DNA of 64,000 nt from Lingula anatina. Taxonomy: Eukaryota; Animalia; Brachiopoda. The stretch spans positions 17,298,001 to 17,362,000 of the forward strand of contig CM120640.1 of NCBI GenBank assembly GCA_051362555.1. Reading direction: 5' to 3'. Numbering within the stretch: the first letter of the stretch is position 1; each line of letters begins with the position of its first letter. The notes beneath the pieces were generated by a model, which did not search any database, had not been told where the DNA came from, and saw nothing but the letters and a program-made list of their open reading frames with translations. Shown here piece by piece: positions 26,813 to 38,182 of the stretch. Both the position numbers and the translations under genes were made by a program.

Positions 26813-28203
26813 GAAAGAACCCTTTTACCCTTATCAGGGCATTGGTTGTTTGGAAAGTGAACAGGTTTTCTTTTTGTATAAAAACTTAGCAATAGGGAGG
26901 TTTCACAAACCAATGTTTAAATACTTATTGTTTGAATTTTTTTGGAAAGTGAAGATATATTTATTCATTTGAATGCCTTACTGACTGCTTATTTCCGGTG
27001 AAAGGGTAGAAATTACGTAGTCAACTGAGCAACTTTTAACACTTTAGGAATCTTAATGTTTTCATGGGTGTATTTTGTTAAGCAAGCAAAATAGCTCTAA
27101 AAAGTAATTACTAGGCTTTTTGTGCTTCTTTTTTGTTCTTCTTCATCTGTGAAATCTCCCTATCACCACATCATTTCACAATTGAAATGGTAAAAATGTC
27201 ATATTTTCATTACCACATTTATAATAAATGACACTATTTTTAACTGATTAATTTTTTGAAAAGTCTCCTTCCAATCAAAGTTCTGATTGAACTCTTCAGT
27301 CCCTTCATAATTAAGTATTGAAAATGAACCTCAAACAGTGTGGTATACATGTGAAAGATGGAAACCAGCTGCATAGATGTCTAAACTATTCATTTACTAA
27401 CTACATTTACATACCTTGTAGATCAAGTTTTAGCTTGATCCCTTATATCTGCAATAAGATTTAAAAGATGCCTTATAAATAGACAGTATGTTTTTGAAAC
27501 ATACCCAAAATTTGGATATTTCTTGGTGTGCATCAACCTGAAGGTTTTCTAATCGACATCAAACAAAAGAATAAATAAAATGGGTACACTGAACACATAT
27601 AAACACACATGATACAGAAATCATCAAAAGCAAATATGCTTGCTTATAACATTGCAATAATTCAGGTTTTAACTATACAAAGCATAATGACCAGAACGTA
27701 TGACACACTATAAAACAAGAAAAGAAATATCAACAACATTAAAATATGTTCTCTTGTGCCAAGAAAAGCACCATGTGCACACTTCTGACCAAACAAGCAA
27801 AAGATACCCGTTTTTGAATGTGTGTACCAAATAGACAACATTTCTTTACCTATATTAATTGCAAATACCATATCATCATTAACGAATGCAAAAGTTTTAA
27901 TTGAAGTATAAGCCAGCAGTATAATAAATAAAAATACTAAATATAAACCTTTTTGCCTTGGCAAGTACATGTAATTATCACTGGTTAAACTGACCAGGTG
28001 ACAGCAAAATTTTCTGGCACTTCTAAATTATATGCTTCACAAAACAAAAACCAAAATTTGCAAAAATAACAGGCATGTCTTCGATTTTCACTTTCATATA
28101 AAGCTCTTACATGTATAAAAAGACGAGGGGGAGCAGAGTCGTTGTCTAATTGCTAATGTTTTCACATTGCCTTGTTTATGTACCATTATCAGTCATCAGT
28201 AGT

Positions 28204-31200
28204 TCAGGTCCTGCACTCAGACACATTTTGCACACTGTCAGAAGTGAGAGTGCGCTCACTTGGATTCCCGCCAAATCTGGTTTCTGCTTCTTGGTCTTGA
28301 TCCACGACTCCAGCCTTTTCTACAGAGAGGTCGGACATCATAAATATGTCTTCTTCTTGCTGAAAACATGCAAAATCGAAATGAATAATAGTCTAAGAAT
28401 AATCTTTCAGTAAAGTACTCAGTTTAGCACCCTTCCTCAGTGAGGCCTATGGTACTGTTTACTGAATAATAAGTAAATAAATCAGCTATCTAGTATACAT
28501 ATGGTTTCTTTTGTTTGGCCTTTGTTTTGAATGTATTGTTTTTGTGCTGACACAAATACACAAACATGTAAAAATTACTATAAACTTTGAAGCAACTTTC
28601 ATAAATCTTTTTATGTGTCAGTGTGATGTAATGAACTCCACTTAAACAGGAAACATAAAATTGAAGTCTATCCATTACCTGACTTGTCATAGAACGGGGA
28701 CTGTGCCTATCAAGTATCTCTGAATTCTTCAGATTCAGCCTATTTCTTCGTTTTCTAGAAGACAGACTGTTGAATCTTACAGCCCTAAAAGAAAAAGTGG
28801 AGTTTTAAAAAACACATTGAGTATTACATTATTTGGATTCTGATTTTCAACAAGTTAGCCATAAAAAGTTGCACACTGCTTTATTCTTTTATTGTACCTT
28901 TTTTAAACTGTAGGGGTCTGCCATATCAATAAAATTTTCCAAATTCAAAATAACTCAATATTCGTTGTATTGTTTGTTATGTTTGTGGAAATGTGTGTGT
29001 GTGCATGCGTGCGTGCATGCGTGTGTGTGTGTGTGTGTGTGTGTTTCTTTCACAAAGGGAAACTGGTATTTCTGACATAAAAGAGGAATAAGACAATGCT
29101 GGCAATTATATTTATTACAAGGATTTTGGCTCCTACAGTATTCTCTCCCCTCCCTCATTTGCCCTTTCCTCCTGCTTTGTGGCACCCTCTGCATGCACAG
29201 TTGTTTTACATGTGGCAGATGAGTTGTGGGCCAAATTATATTACTGCTGTTTAATTGTTATTATAGTAGGGAAATGGTTTTAGAGACACCTGTAACAGTG
29301 GCTGGGTAACAAAAGTTTGTGTGAGTATTTGTAATTTAATTTGATTTTTATAATTATATACTGGTATCTATCTACTGTATTTCTTTGTTCATTTAAGAAG
29401 CTTTTTGTGTATTTAACCTGATAATGTAATTTAAGTTCTTTGTATTATTACTTGTTTAACCTTTGTTACTGTAATTCTATTTTTTCTGTAACTGTTCTTT
29501 ATGTAGTTTTTTTTAAGTGCACCATACAAATAAAAAAAAAAAAGACTACTACCACCATTCTGAGTCAGTTGTTCAAAAGGTGTAGTTTACAACAATGCCT
29601 TACGTTGATTCCCTGGGTACATCCTGTGGTGTGCTGATGGCATGGACAGGTTCCTCTGGTATGGAAGCCAGAGGAACAAACTCTGAAGCATGCTCTGGCA
29701 CCCTGAAATTAAAGGTTTAACATAACAATCCATTACACATTAATGCTATTATATAACTGGTGAAAATCTCTGAGAAAAATTGATTATCAAAAAATATGAC
29801 AAAAAGAGGGATATTATGTGCCCTCTCCTCTCTGACTTACATGTGAATTTTTAAACTCTAGTTAAATATATACATATTTGTATACGTATTCAAGACTTGA
29901 GATTTGGAACAATGTGCTGTAGGTGGTTTAATGCTTACTCTATGTCAGCAGCAGATCCTACATGGGGGTCTGTTACTTTAAACTGCTCTGAGGCAGCATT
30001 GTATGGTAAAGTGAAGTCTGCTTCATCCCAAAACTGATCTTTAATTAGATCTGGATGTTCTGAATGCATTTCATCAACAATCAGATACGCAACCTAATAA
30101 TAATGATAATAAAAATAATAAAAATTAAATTAAAAAAAAAACACCTAATAAATCAGGCCATTTTGTTTTATCTGTGCACAGCTACAGGTTTTGCATTAAA
30201 TAAGGCTGCGTTCACATGAAAAATCTATTTTCTAAAAATCTAAATATCTATTTGCAGTATCTTGTGATCACGGTCGGTGCCCTGAATACCCCGCGGCGTA
30301 ATTACTGGTTGCGCCGTGAATTAATTACAGCTTTGGAAGTAACTGGCTCCCGCTGCCCGTAATTACGCCGCGGGGTATTTAGGGCACAGACCGAGATCAC
30401 AAGATACCGCAAATAGATTTTTAGAAAATAGATTTTTCATGTGAACGCAGCCTTAAATTCATGCTTAATTCTTTGAAGATAACATAAAATATAATGTAAA
30501 ATAAAATATAATCATAAATATAATCAAAATTTTCAGAAATACTACTTTAATTACATACTGTGAATTTTGTCAAATTTGATAGCAGTGTTTGATGAATATC
30601 ATTACCTGCAGATTTCTGTCAATAAGCCAATTCATTTCAAAGTCATCATCATCTTCCCCAAATGGATTTAAAAGACTTTCAGCAACCTACAAAGTAAAAT
30701 GTTTAAGTCTTCTGAAATTAAAACGATATAAAAGGGGAGAAAAATAAGGTTGTGTTTTGATAAATATTGTACCTAGATCACTTCAGGTAGATGGAAAGAG
30801 AAATAACTGTGGGGTTGTGCATCAACGTGGAACTGGGCGTGCCATTGTGCTACGTGGCACATCTTATCTCAACTACCACAATTCATTCCTAAACCTATAT
30901 AAAACCTTTTGTCATATTATTTTTATTTGATATAATGAATTGAAACATTTGTATTATCATAAACATGTGGAAATATAGGACATACAAAATTTTATGAATT
31001 CACACATGTACAGAATATGTGCAAATAGATGAGCCTATCCTTATCCAAAACATATACATTTCCTCTAGACCACCATGTTGGAAAGCACTCTATTATACAG
31101 ATAACAATGAACATGCACCTACAAGCAAACATTATTGGTATTAGCCTTTTCTCAATTTATCCAGAAATTGGTGGCTGGTTAAATACTGGCTGCCTCGCAC

Positions 31201-34200
31201 AATTAAAATAAATTTTGCATCCCTCTCCATAGAAACAGACAAAATAACACTAAACAGGACCTCCTATGGACTAATTACTTCTTACTATGGGGCATGCACC
31301 TACATACTGTAAATCACCTTACACGGTAACTGCCACATTATATAACCCTTTTTTCTTTAATTGACCATAAATTAACATGACATAACCATTTACTGTCTGT
31401 GCACAGTACACTGTATATTTTTTTCTCCCACTGTAGAGAACATATGATCAAACACTTGGTTCTTGGGAACTATTTAATACTGACTGTTTCATCTGGTCAG
31501 ACTTAAAAGTGGAGTTGAAAAAAAAGCAGCCCTATCCTTTAACTACCCTCTCAGTGATTGGGAAGGTTCAAACCACCCATGGGACAATGGCCCCTCCTGG
31601 GTCACCCTTAATGGGCCATTTTGCATATCAATGGGCCATTGATTGACATTTATGGGCCATTTTTAAACATGACAAATATATTTGAAATATCTGTATCAAT
31701 ATTTTTGGGAATGATATGATAAAGTTTTGCAGTTAAACTTTGTTAATATATTTATTTAGTTAAGACTTTTATTTGTCTTTTTCAATAAAACCATTACAAT
31801 GCCTTCTTTACTGAACTTATTTGAAGACTAAATGAAAAAACAAAATGATCAGAAAACATGTAATACTCATTAGTAATTGGGTTTTTATTTGATGAAACCA
31901 TCAGCAAGAGGTAAACAATCTAGATCTCTGAAAACCTTGATTTCTCAAAACTGAGAAAATGTAAATGAAATTGTCTGCACATTCTGTCTAGTACTTATTA
32001 ATCAGTCTTACTGAAAAAGAGATTTCCTTACTTAATGAAGTAATCTCTTTTTCCTGCGCCATACATTCAGTGCATCCTCCTAACTTATCTTACTCCCAAG
32101 AATCTTAACTCTTAGCAGGTGATTCGCAGAACATTTTCGTTTGGGTGCTGTCGTACTGGAGCTAGGGCCATAGTTGAAGCCATCGGGGTTTGAAACCTCG
32201 TGCGACCTGAGAGTGAGAGGTGCTAGCACTAGCAGTAACACTACTGTCAGTGTCACTACTACTTGTTGTAGTGCAAGGACTGCTGCTCTCAGAAGTTGGT
32301 ACATTTTATTCCCCGTCTCCTTTGAGACTTTCCTGAACTTAGACGAAGCGGTTGAAGTACATAAACTAACAAATGTAGGCTAGTCTGGCAAGTTTTTAAA
32401 AATCTTTTTCGGCAGCATTTCTCTTTTCACTTCATCAAAGTGCTGCTTGAAAAAATCTCATGTGCTTTCAGAAAGAAAAGCAAGGTTACTTCTGGATAAA
32501 CATGAACTATAAACTGATTGGCCAATAAGATATCAGCTTTTATTTCATTAGCAAAGCTATTGGGACGATGAGCTCATTGCTCTTGGCAAACTTCGGCGAT
32601 TGCGTTCGATAGCTTCCGAATTCGTTCCTGAGACATCTTCAGGTATGAGAGGAAAATTACGCTAATCACTTGACGAATAGTTTATTGACGAGTAGACTCT
32701 TTTTAAAAACGCGAGGCATAACAAAATCACGCGCATTTATGGCGCACAAACAGGGCTTTTTATGCGCCCAGTTACGATTCTATGCGCGTATGGCGCAATG
32801 GCCCGTTCCTTCCCAATCACTGCCCTCTATCAAGATGGCAGATATTATAGGCACATTTTCCACATTATTTTATTTATTTATTTATTTTTTGGAAATGTGG
32901 AAAATGTGCCTATAATATCTGCTCCCCTGATAGAAGGTAACCTTAAACCATCCCTCCAAAAAATATAAAATGTGGTCCTTACCTTTAACCATCCCATATA
33001 AAAGATAAACTGCAAGATGGTGAATATGGGGATATAGAAGTCAATCTGATGGTTATCATAACCCTGCTGTGGATCCAGGAACTGTCTCCCCATGAGACAG
33101 GAAAGGAAGAAAGTGTATACAGCCATAGTCACAACCTGGAATATTCAAAACATATGAAATGAAAGGAAAAAAAAGGTCATAAAATTCAATGGCATCAATG
33201 GTGAATAGTGTGTTTGCCCACATCAGATGAATTTCTTCAAGAAAAATGATACAATAATGTCAAATTATTGCAAAATATAATTTGTGTACATTTTCTAATA
33301 ATATTTCAATTAATAATATTAAACATGTCAAAGATATGCATTTGTACAAAACACTGAATATTTAATCAATAAAGAAAACAAAACTAAAGGCCTATGCATC
33401 AAAAGCTTTATCAATTAATATGACATAACAGAATGCTATTTATATCAAGCATATAAATAAATTAAATTCTGGAACTCTGTGGTAAGATTCAGAGCCAAAA
33501 TACTGTGGTCCCATACCTGAGACATTTCACGATGTAATGACCTGGTGGGACTGGTCACCTCTGTAAGTTTGTTATTGAATTTCAGGGGCGGATTTAGGCC
33601 GTCTTCTGGGTCTTCCGGAAGACGGTCAGATTTTCAAGTTTACATTGACGGGTATCCAATTTTTCATGTTGGAAGACAGTCAAAATTAGAGGGTGAATCA
33701 ACAAAGATAATTTGGAAGACTGTCAGAAAATAGCTCTGGGTCGGCCCCTGAATTTTACCACATAATTCTATTCATATCTATTTTTAATTCTAATTCTACT
33801 GGATGACTAAGAACACAACTCATTCAAAATACTATCTGCTTTCATAACCATATACCTGTGTATAAATCAGAGGAACATTTATCCAATCATAGTTTAACAA
33901 CCCTCCAAGCTGCCCTCTTACAAAATTTAACTCCTGAAAAATAAATACAAGATCAGATGATGTTTTTGTTTTCAAATGATCATGGATTTTCATTTCTTTA
34001 CATATTTTATTCACAAAAGAGCATTCCAACAAGGGCTGAAGGCAGATTTTATACCTTTGGTAAGCAGTTACTTTTAGCTTCTGCAGTATGAAGATTAATC
34101 TGCTAGTTTATTTAATGTTTATTTTATCAAAGGTGTATTGAAATGTAACTTCATTGTACCTCCACTAGGGTCTTCATGGCAAAATCATCCCTAATTCTTC

Positions 34201-35654
34201 CCTCTTTTCTTGCTCTAGAAATGATGCTGGTGGTCCATACCAGTGGCACAAAATACTTACTATTGTTAGTTTTCACACCCTCTATAATTTTCTGTTCGTT
34301 TTCTGTTTGTAAACCTTGATTAATGAAAACAAAAGCTATAATGCTGTTTTATGTTCTCAACTAAAAGAAATAAACAATTCAAATTATCCAAATGTTGTGT
34401 AACTTCATAATGTGTTAATTGCAGAAACACAAGTAAATTCCCTTGGGACAGAAAACAAAAACCTCTGTACCTATTTCTACATGTAAAATAATAATTTAAA
34501 TTACAGACCTGCTTCTGTTAAATGGTCATCAGTCGGGAACCTTTTCTTTACTGCTGTACTAATAGCTCTAGCAGTCATAACAAAAGAGAGGCAAATGTAA
34601 CGCATTATGGTCCTCCTTATGAGACGCCCTCTATCATCATGACCATGTATGTTTGCAGTAACGTAAAGGGCCATCTTGTCAGGCCATGGGATGGACATGA
34701 ATTCCTCCCACCAACGGGTAACAACTATTGACACGTAGAAACCCAGCACAAATGCCATTGGTATTAAGTTGTTGTACAGTTCACAGTATATGGAGATTCT
34801 TTCAAAGGTTCTGAAAGTAAAGTGAGAACAGCAGAAATTAAATGTTGGCACATGAAACAATTATAGACAAAGTTGTTTACATATCATTTAGATATTAAAT
34901 TTGGCAGACACAAATAAAACTGATCTTTTCTTATTTTCAAACAGACAAAAAAAATAACAAAACTGACATTTGTAAGTGTAATAACTGCATATATATCCTG
35001 CATTAAAGTCTTTAGAAAAATCCAAAATATTATTTGACACTGATATAACCATAACAATAAATAATAATAAAGGTTTTCAGTCGTACCTTTTATGATTTTC
35101 GGGAAGAGCAAACCTGTAGATAAAGCTGATTGTGAAGTATGCCACAACAAATATCAGCAATTCTACCCACAGCAGTTTATACACACTGCCTTTCCACCTG
35201 GAATATATAGAGAAAAACTTATCATTTCGAAATTAACATACATGAAATTTTGGATGAAAGGGCATGACAAAAACTACACCATATATAGATTATCTTTTCT
35301 GTTAAAAAATTGGAGACACTTTCACCATTTACTTTCAGCTAAGGTAAAAAAAATTGTCAAAAAATTGACAAATAAAATAAAATACATACTAGTAATTGCA
35401 AATCAAAGAATGCATGTACATGTATGCATTAAATCATTTCACGACTGGATAATATAAAATTTCTAGATTTCACTATTTATAAAAACATTAAAATGACTGT
35501 TTCCTTATATAAAAATGCCATCTTTAGGAGTATTATCTTAGGCTCATATTGGTGTATATTTTGTTTAAATCAAATTAAATTTTTACCTGAGAAGGAGCCT
35601 CCAGAAGGTGCCAAAGTGACTGGTGGCAACCTCTGCTGTATAAGTCACCGTCAT
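28204..35654 (-). CDS. Bestrophin (Ca2+-activated chloride channel), 11 coding exons, complete
   Basis: Exons 35654-35587 ([22 protein letters not shown]), 35197-35087 ([10 protein letters not shown]), 34810-34509 ([24 protein letters not shown]), 34314-34160, 33933-33856 ([12 protein letters not shown]), 33135-32983 (FYMGWLK), 30686-30606 ([17 protein letters not shown]), 30093-29939, 29702-29604, 28784-28679, 28359-28204. Phases are consistent. Confidence 0.95.
28992..29044. repeat. (GT)n/(GCGT) microsatellite
   Basis: Direct inspection. Confidence 0.85.
30203..30453. mobile_element. Palindromic MITE (Harbinger-like, (A)GGC..GCC(T) termini) in bestrophin intron 7
   Basis: ~95-bp arms aggctgcgttcacatgaaaaatctattttctaaaaatcta...ccccgcggcgtaattac and their near-perfect reverse complement, flanked by TA on both sides. 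Confidence 0.9.
31552..32822. mobile_element. 1271-bp non-autonomous hAT-like element with 15-bp TIR and 6-bp TSD in bestrophin intron 6
   Basis: CAGTGATTGGGAAGG (31552-31566) and CCTTCCCAATCACTG (32808-32822), with CCCTCT directly repeated at 31546-31551 and 32823-32828. Subterminal atggg(c)cca/atggcgca motifs are present. Confidence 0.85.
32838..32922. repeat. Perfect 29-bp inverted repeat with 27-nt loop
   Basis: gcagatattataggcacattttccacatt (32838-32866) and aatgtggaaaatgtgcctataatatctgc (32894-32922). Confidence 0.9.
33583..33750. mobile_element. 168-bp CAGGGG-type MITE with 5-bp TSD (hAT5-like) in bestrophin intron 5
   Basis: CAGGGGCGGA..TCGGCCCCTG termini, with AATTT at 33578-33582 and 33751-33755. 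Confidence 0.85.
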
Positions 35655-37143
35655 TTTGAAATCTCAGAAGACAAATGGCTACAAACACTACACAGGCAAT
35701 CTACACATCTGAAAAAAAAAGACTTCAAATAGTCTTCATGATAACATAACCAGGTCAACTTTACTATAGACATGAATGGCAACAAACAATTTACAAATGA
35801 GAGGTAAAAATTAACAAACACTTCTTCCTTGCAATTAATTTTTCTTATTTAAATTTCAGAATAACAAAATTTTGGTAATATATCAAAATGTTACTTAGGT
35901 GGTCTAAGACCCAAGGCATGGTGATATTATTATCCACTTGAAGTGGAAGCATTAGTCCATGTCTACACCATTGCATATGCAGGCATTCAGATACACTCTA
36001 ATATAAAATGGCCATGGATTGAGTTTTTACGATATATTCATAGATACCGGAACATGGTTGTCTCTGGTTAATTTCTGTACATCTCTCTTTTATTACACAA
36101 AAATTTTAGTATGTACTAGTAATTAACGTCATCACTCAGCTTGCTAAAGGGCTCATTACCAATGAAACTACTGTCCTCTTAAGATCAATCCAACTCCATG
36201 GGGACTCTAGCTGAATGCAATCAAAGTAACAGATTAACACTGCTCACAAAAGGTTGTTGACGAACCATTGCTTCACACACCCTTACACTTGGATTTGATA
36301 TTTTATAACATATTAATCATATAATTTAACTCATTCATATGTTTTCTGTACGTTCAATAGGAAAGATCAACATCACTACATTAATTGATAGGTTGTATCG
36401 TTTTAAGGCCTAAATGGGGGGAAATAAGTAGCTTTGCAAGACATGTAGACATAAGTGCTCACACATGTACAATATATGACCTTGGGTCAGTTTCAAAGGC
36501 AGGTGTAAAGTAAGTCATGTTGGCGATCCACCAACACTTTATGGATATTTATGGATAAAGTATTAAACATATTTAAATAAACAACTATGAAGTACGTTAA
36601 GAACCGTGTCGTTCTGTAAAATAAAGTAGATGCCCGGTGGCGATATGGCGACTAACGACCTATTTAGCACAGGCAACTCTGACGCCCCTTTACAACATGC
36701 GTTAAGTCTTTACATTTGTCTCTTTCTTTCGAAACTCTGCACCCAGGCGGCCTACCTGGAAATTATGTTGCCATTATTTACAGCGTCCTTTCAAAAAGAC
36801 CTAAGAATGTCTAAAAGCAATATAGAAACAAAACACACTACCGTTTACGTTAAACGTTCGCGTTAAGTGATTGGCTTATCTTGACAGAAAAGGGGTATAT
36901 GCTTGTAACTGATACTACAAAATCGAACACGAAAGCGAACTATCATGTATGGTCGGAGTAAGAAAGATTTTATTTCAGGCCATGTGCATACAAAATCACA
37001 CCCAGAAAATTGTGAAAAAAATCATAACCTCAAAAGGCCTGATCAGTCCAATCAGACTGGTTCTCGAGTTTGGAGATGGTATAATACATGCAACACGAAA
37101 CATTTATTTGGCTACTAATGAAAATTTGTGAAGACACGAAAAT

Positions 37144-37390
37144 AGGGACAGTCGGTCATCCGGGCACTTTGGCTTAGCAACTAGCATCTGGGGTAAAACA
37201 ATGCGGGAAAACATGGCGGATCGCATTGGCTTGTGTGTAAATATCGGCAGACTTTGTCCGATCATGTCACACTTCACAGAGCTTGACCACTTGTGTCAGT
37301 GAGGATAAGCTATTTACCTGGTTGTTTTCCTTTGATGGCCTGTGCAATTAGCCGCTGCTCACCTGATTACGGGATAAAATCGGCCCTTAC
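37144..37390 (+). repeat. Left terminal inverted repeat
   Basis: 12-bp perfect tip, ~17-bp divergent block, ~190-bp near-perfect core (37174-37365), then decaying similarity. Confidence 0.92.
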
Positions 37391-38182
37391 CTTCGACGTC
37401 CTACGCAAGTGCCAATATCTAAGCACGTGTGGTGAAGAAGTAAAAATGGCATTTATTCGAGTGTGGAACGTTGAGGGGACTTGGAAAGTGCATTGCACTG
37501 GAAGGTAATTAGAATAATTATTATTATAAGATTACTGTACACAGTGATTAAACTAACTGCTGCTGGCATAACCAATGGGAATGGGGTTTGGGTGATGTTA
37601 TCAAAGCTATGGCTTCTATGGCTTCAGCTCCATGGCTTCATTTGGTTTGTATATAAATGCAAGCCTTGCAGGAGAGCGTAAACACTTGCTTGCAGACTTT
37701 TTAGAAGAGAAGACATTGTTGTTTCCTGCATTCAGATTACCAGCACTTTTGATATATGTAAGTACAATGCTAATGTGCTATTTTCTGGCATGTTAAATTG
37801 TTACTACCCATGTATATTTGATTTACCACGTGCTTTCATTCTTTACTGTAAGTTGTAACCAGTAACATATTAAACATATGGACTTCTCATATCTATGCCC
37901 ATAATATATCTATGCTTAATTTTTAAACATTGCTTATTATTGTTTCGTGTAAATTAAAAGTTGCAGCTACCTTGTAACAGTGAATTATATTATCTACCGT
38001 AATATTTATATGAACAGAGTATGATCTTGTTAATAAGTGTCTCATTCAGTAATGGATATTATTTTTTTTTTCTTTTGGGAAGTTTGGCATTAAACAAAAT
38101 TTACAGTTTGACAAAATGCTCTTATTTTTTAACTTTAGACACTTTCCATTATATTTTGCAGCTTAATTATTGTACAAGCACA

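Noticed and set aside
34160-34810. Unusual bestrophin pore residues
   Set aside because: The neck (IPxxFVLGF), RFP and IRDDF aperture region look typical of invertebrate bestrophins.
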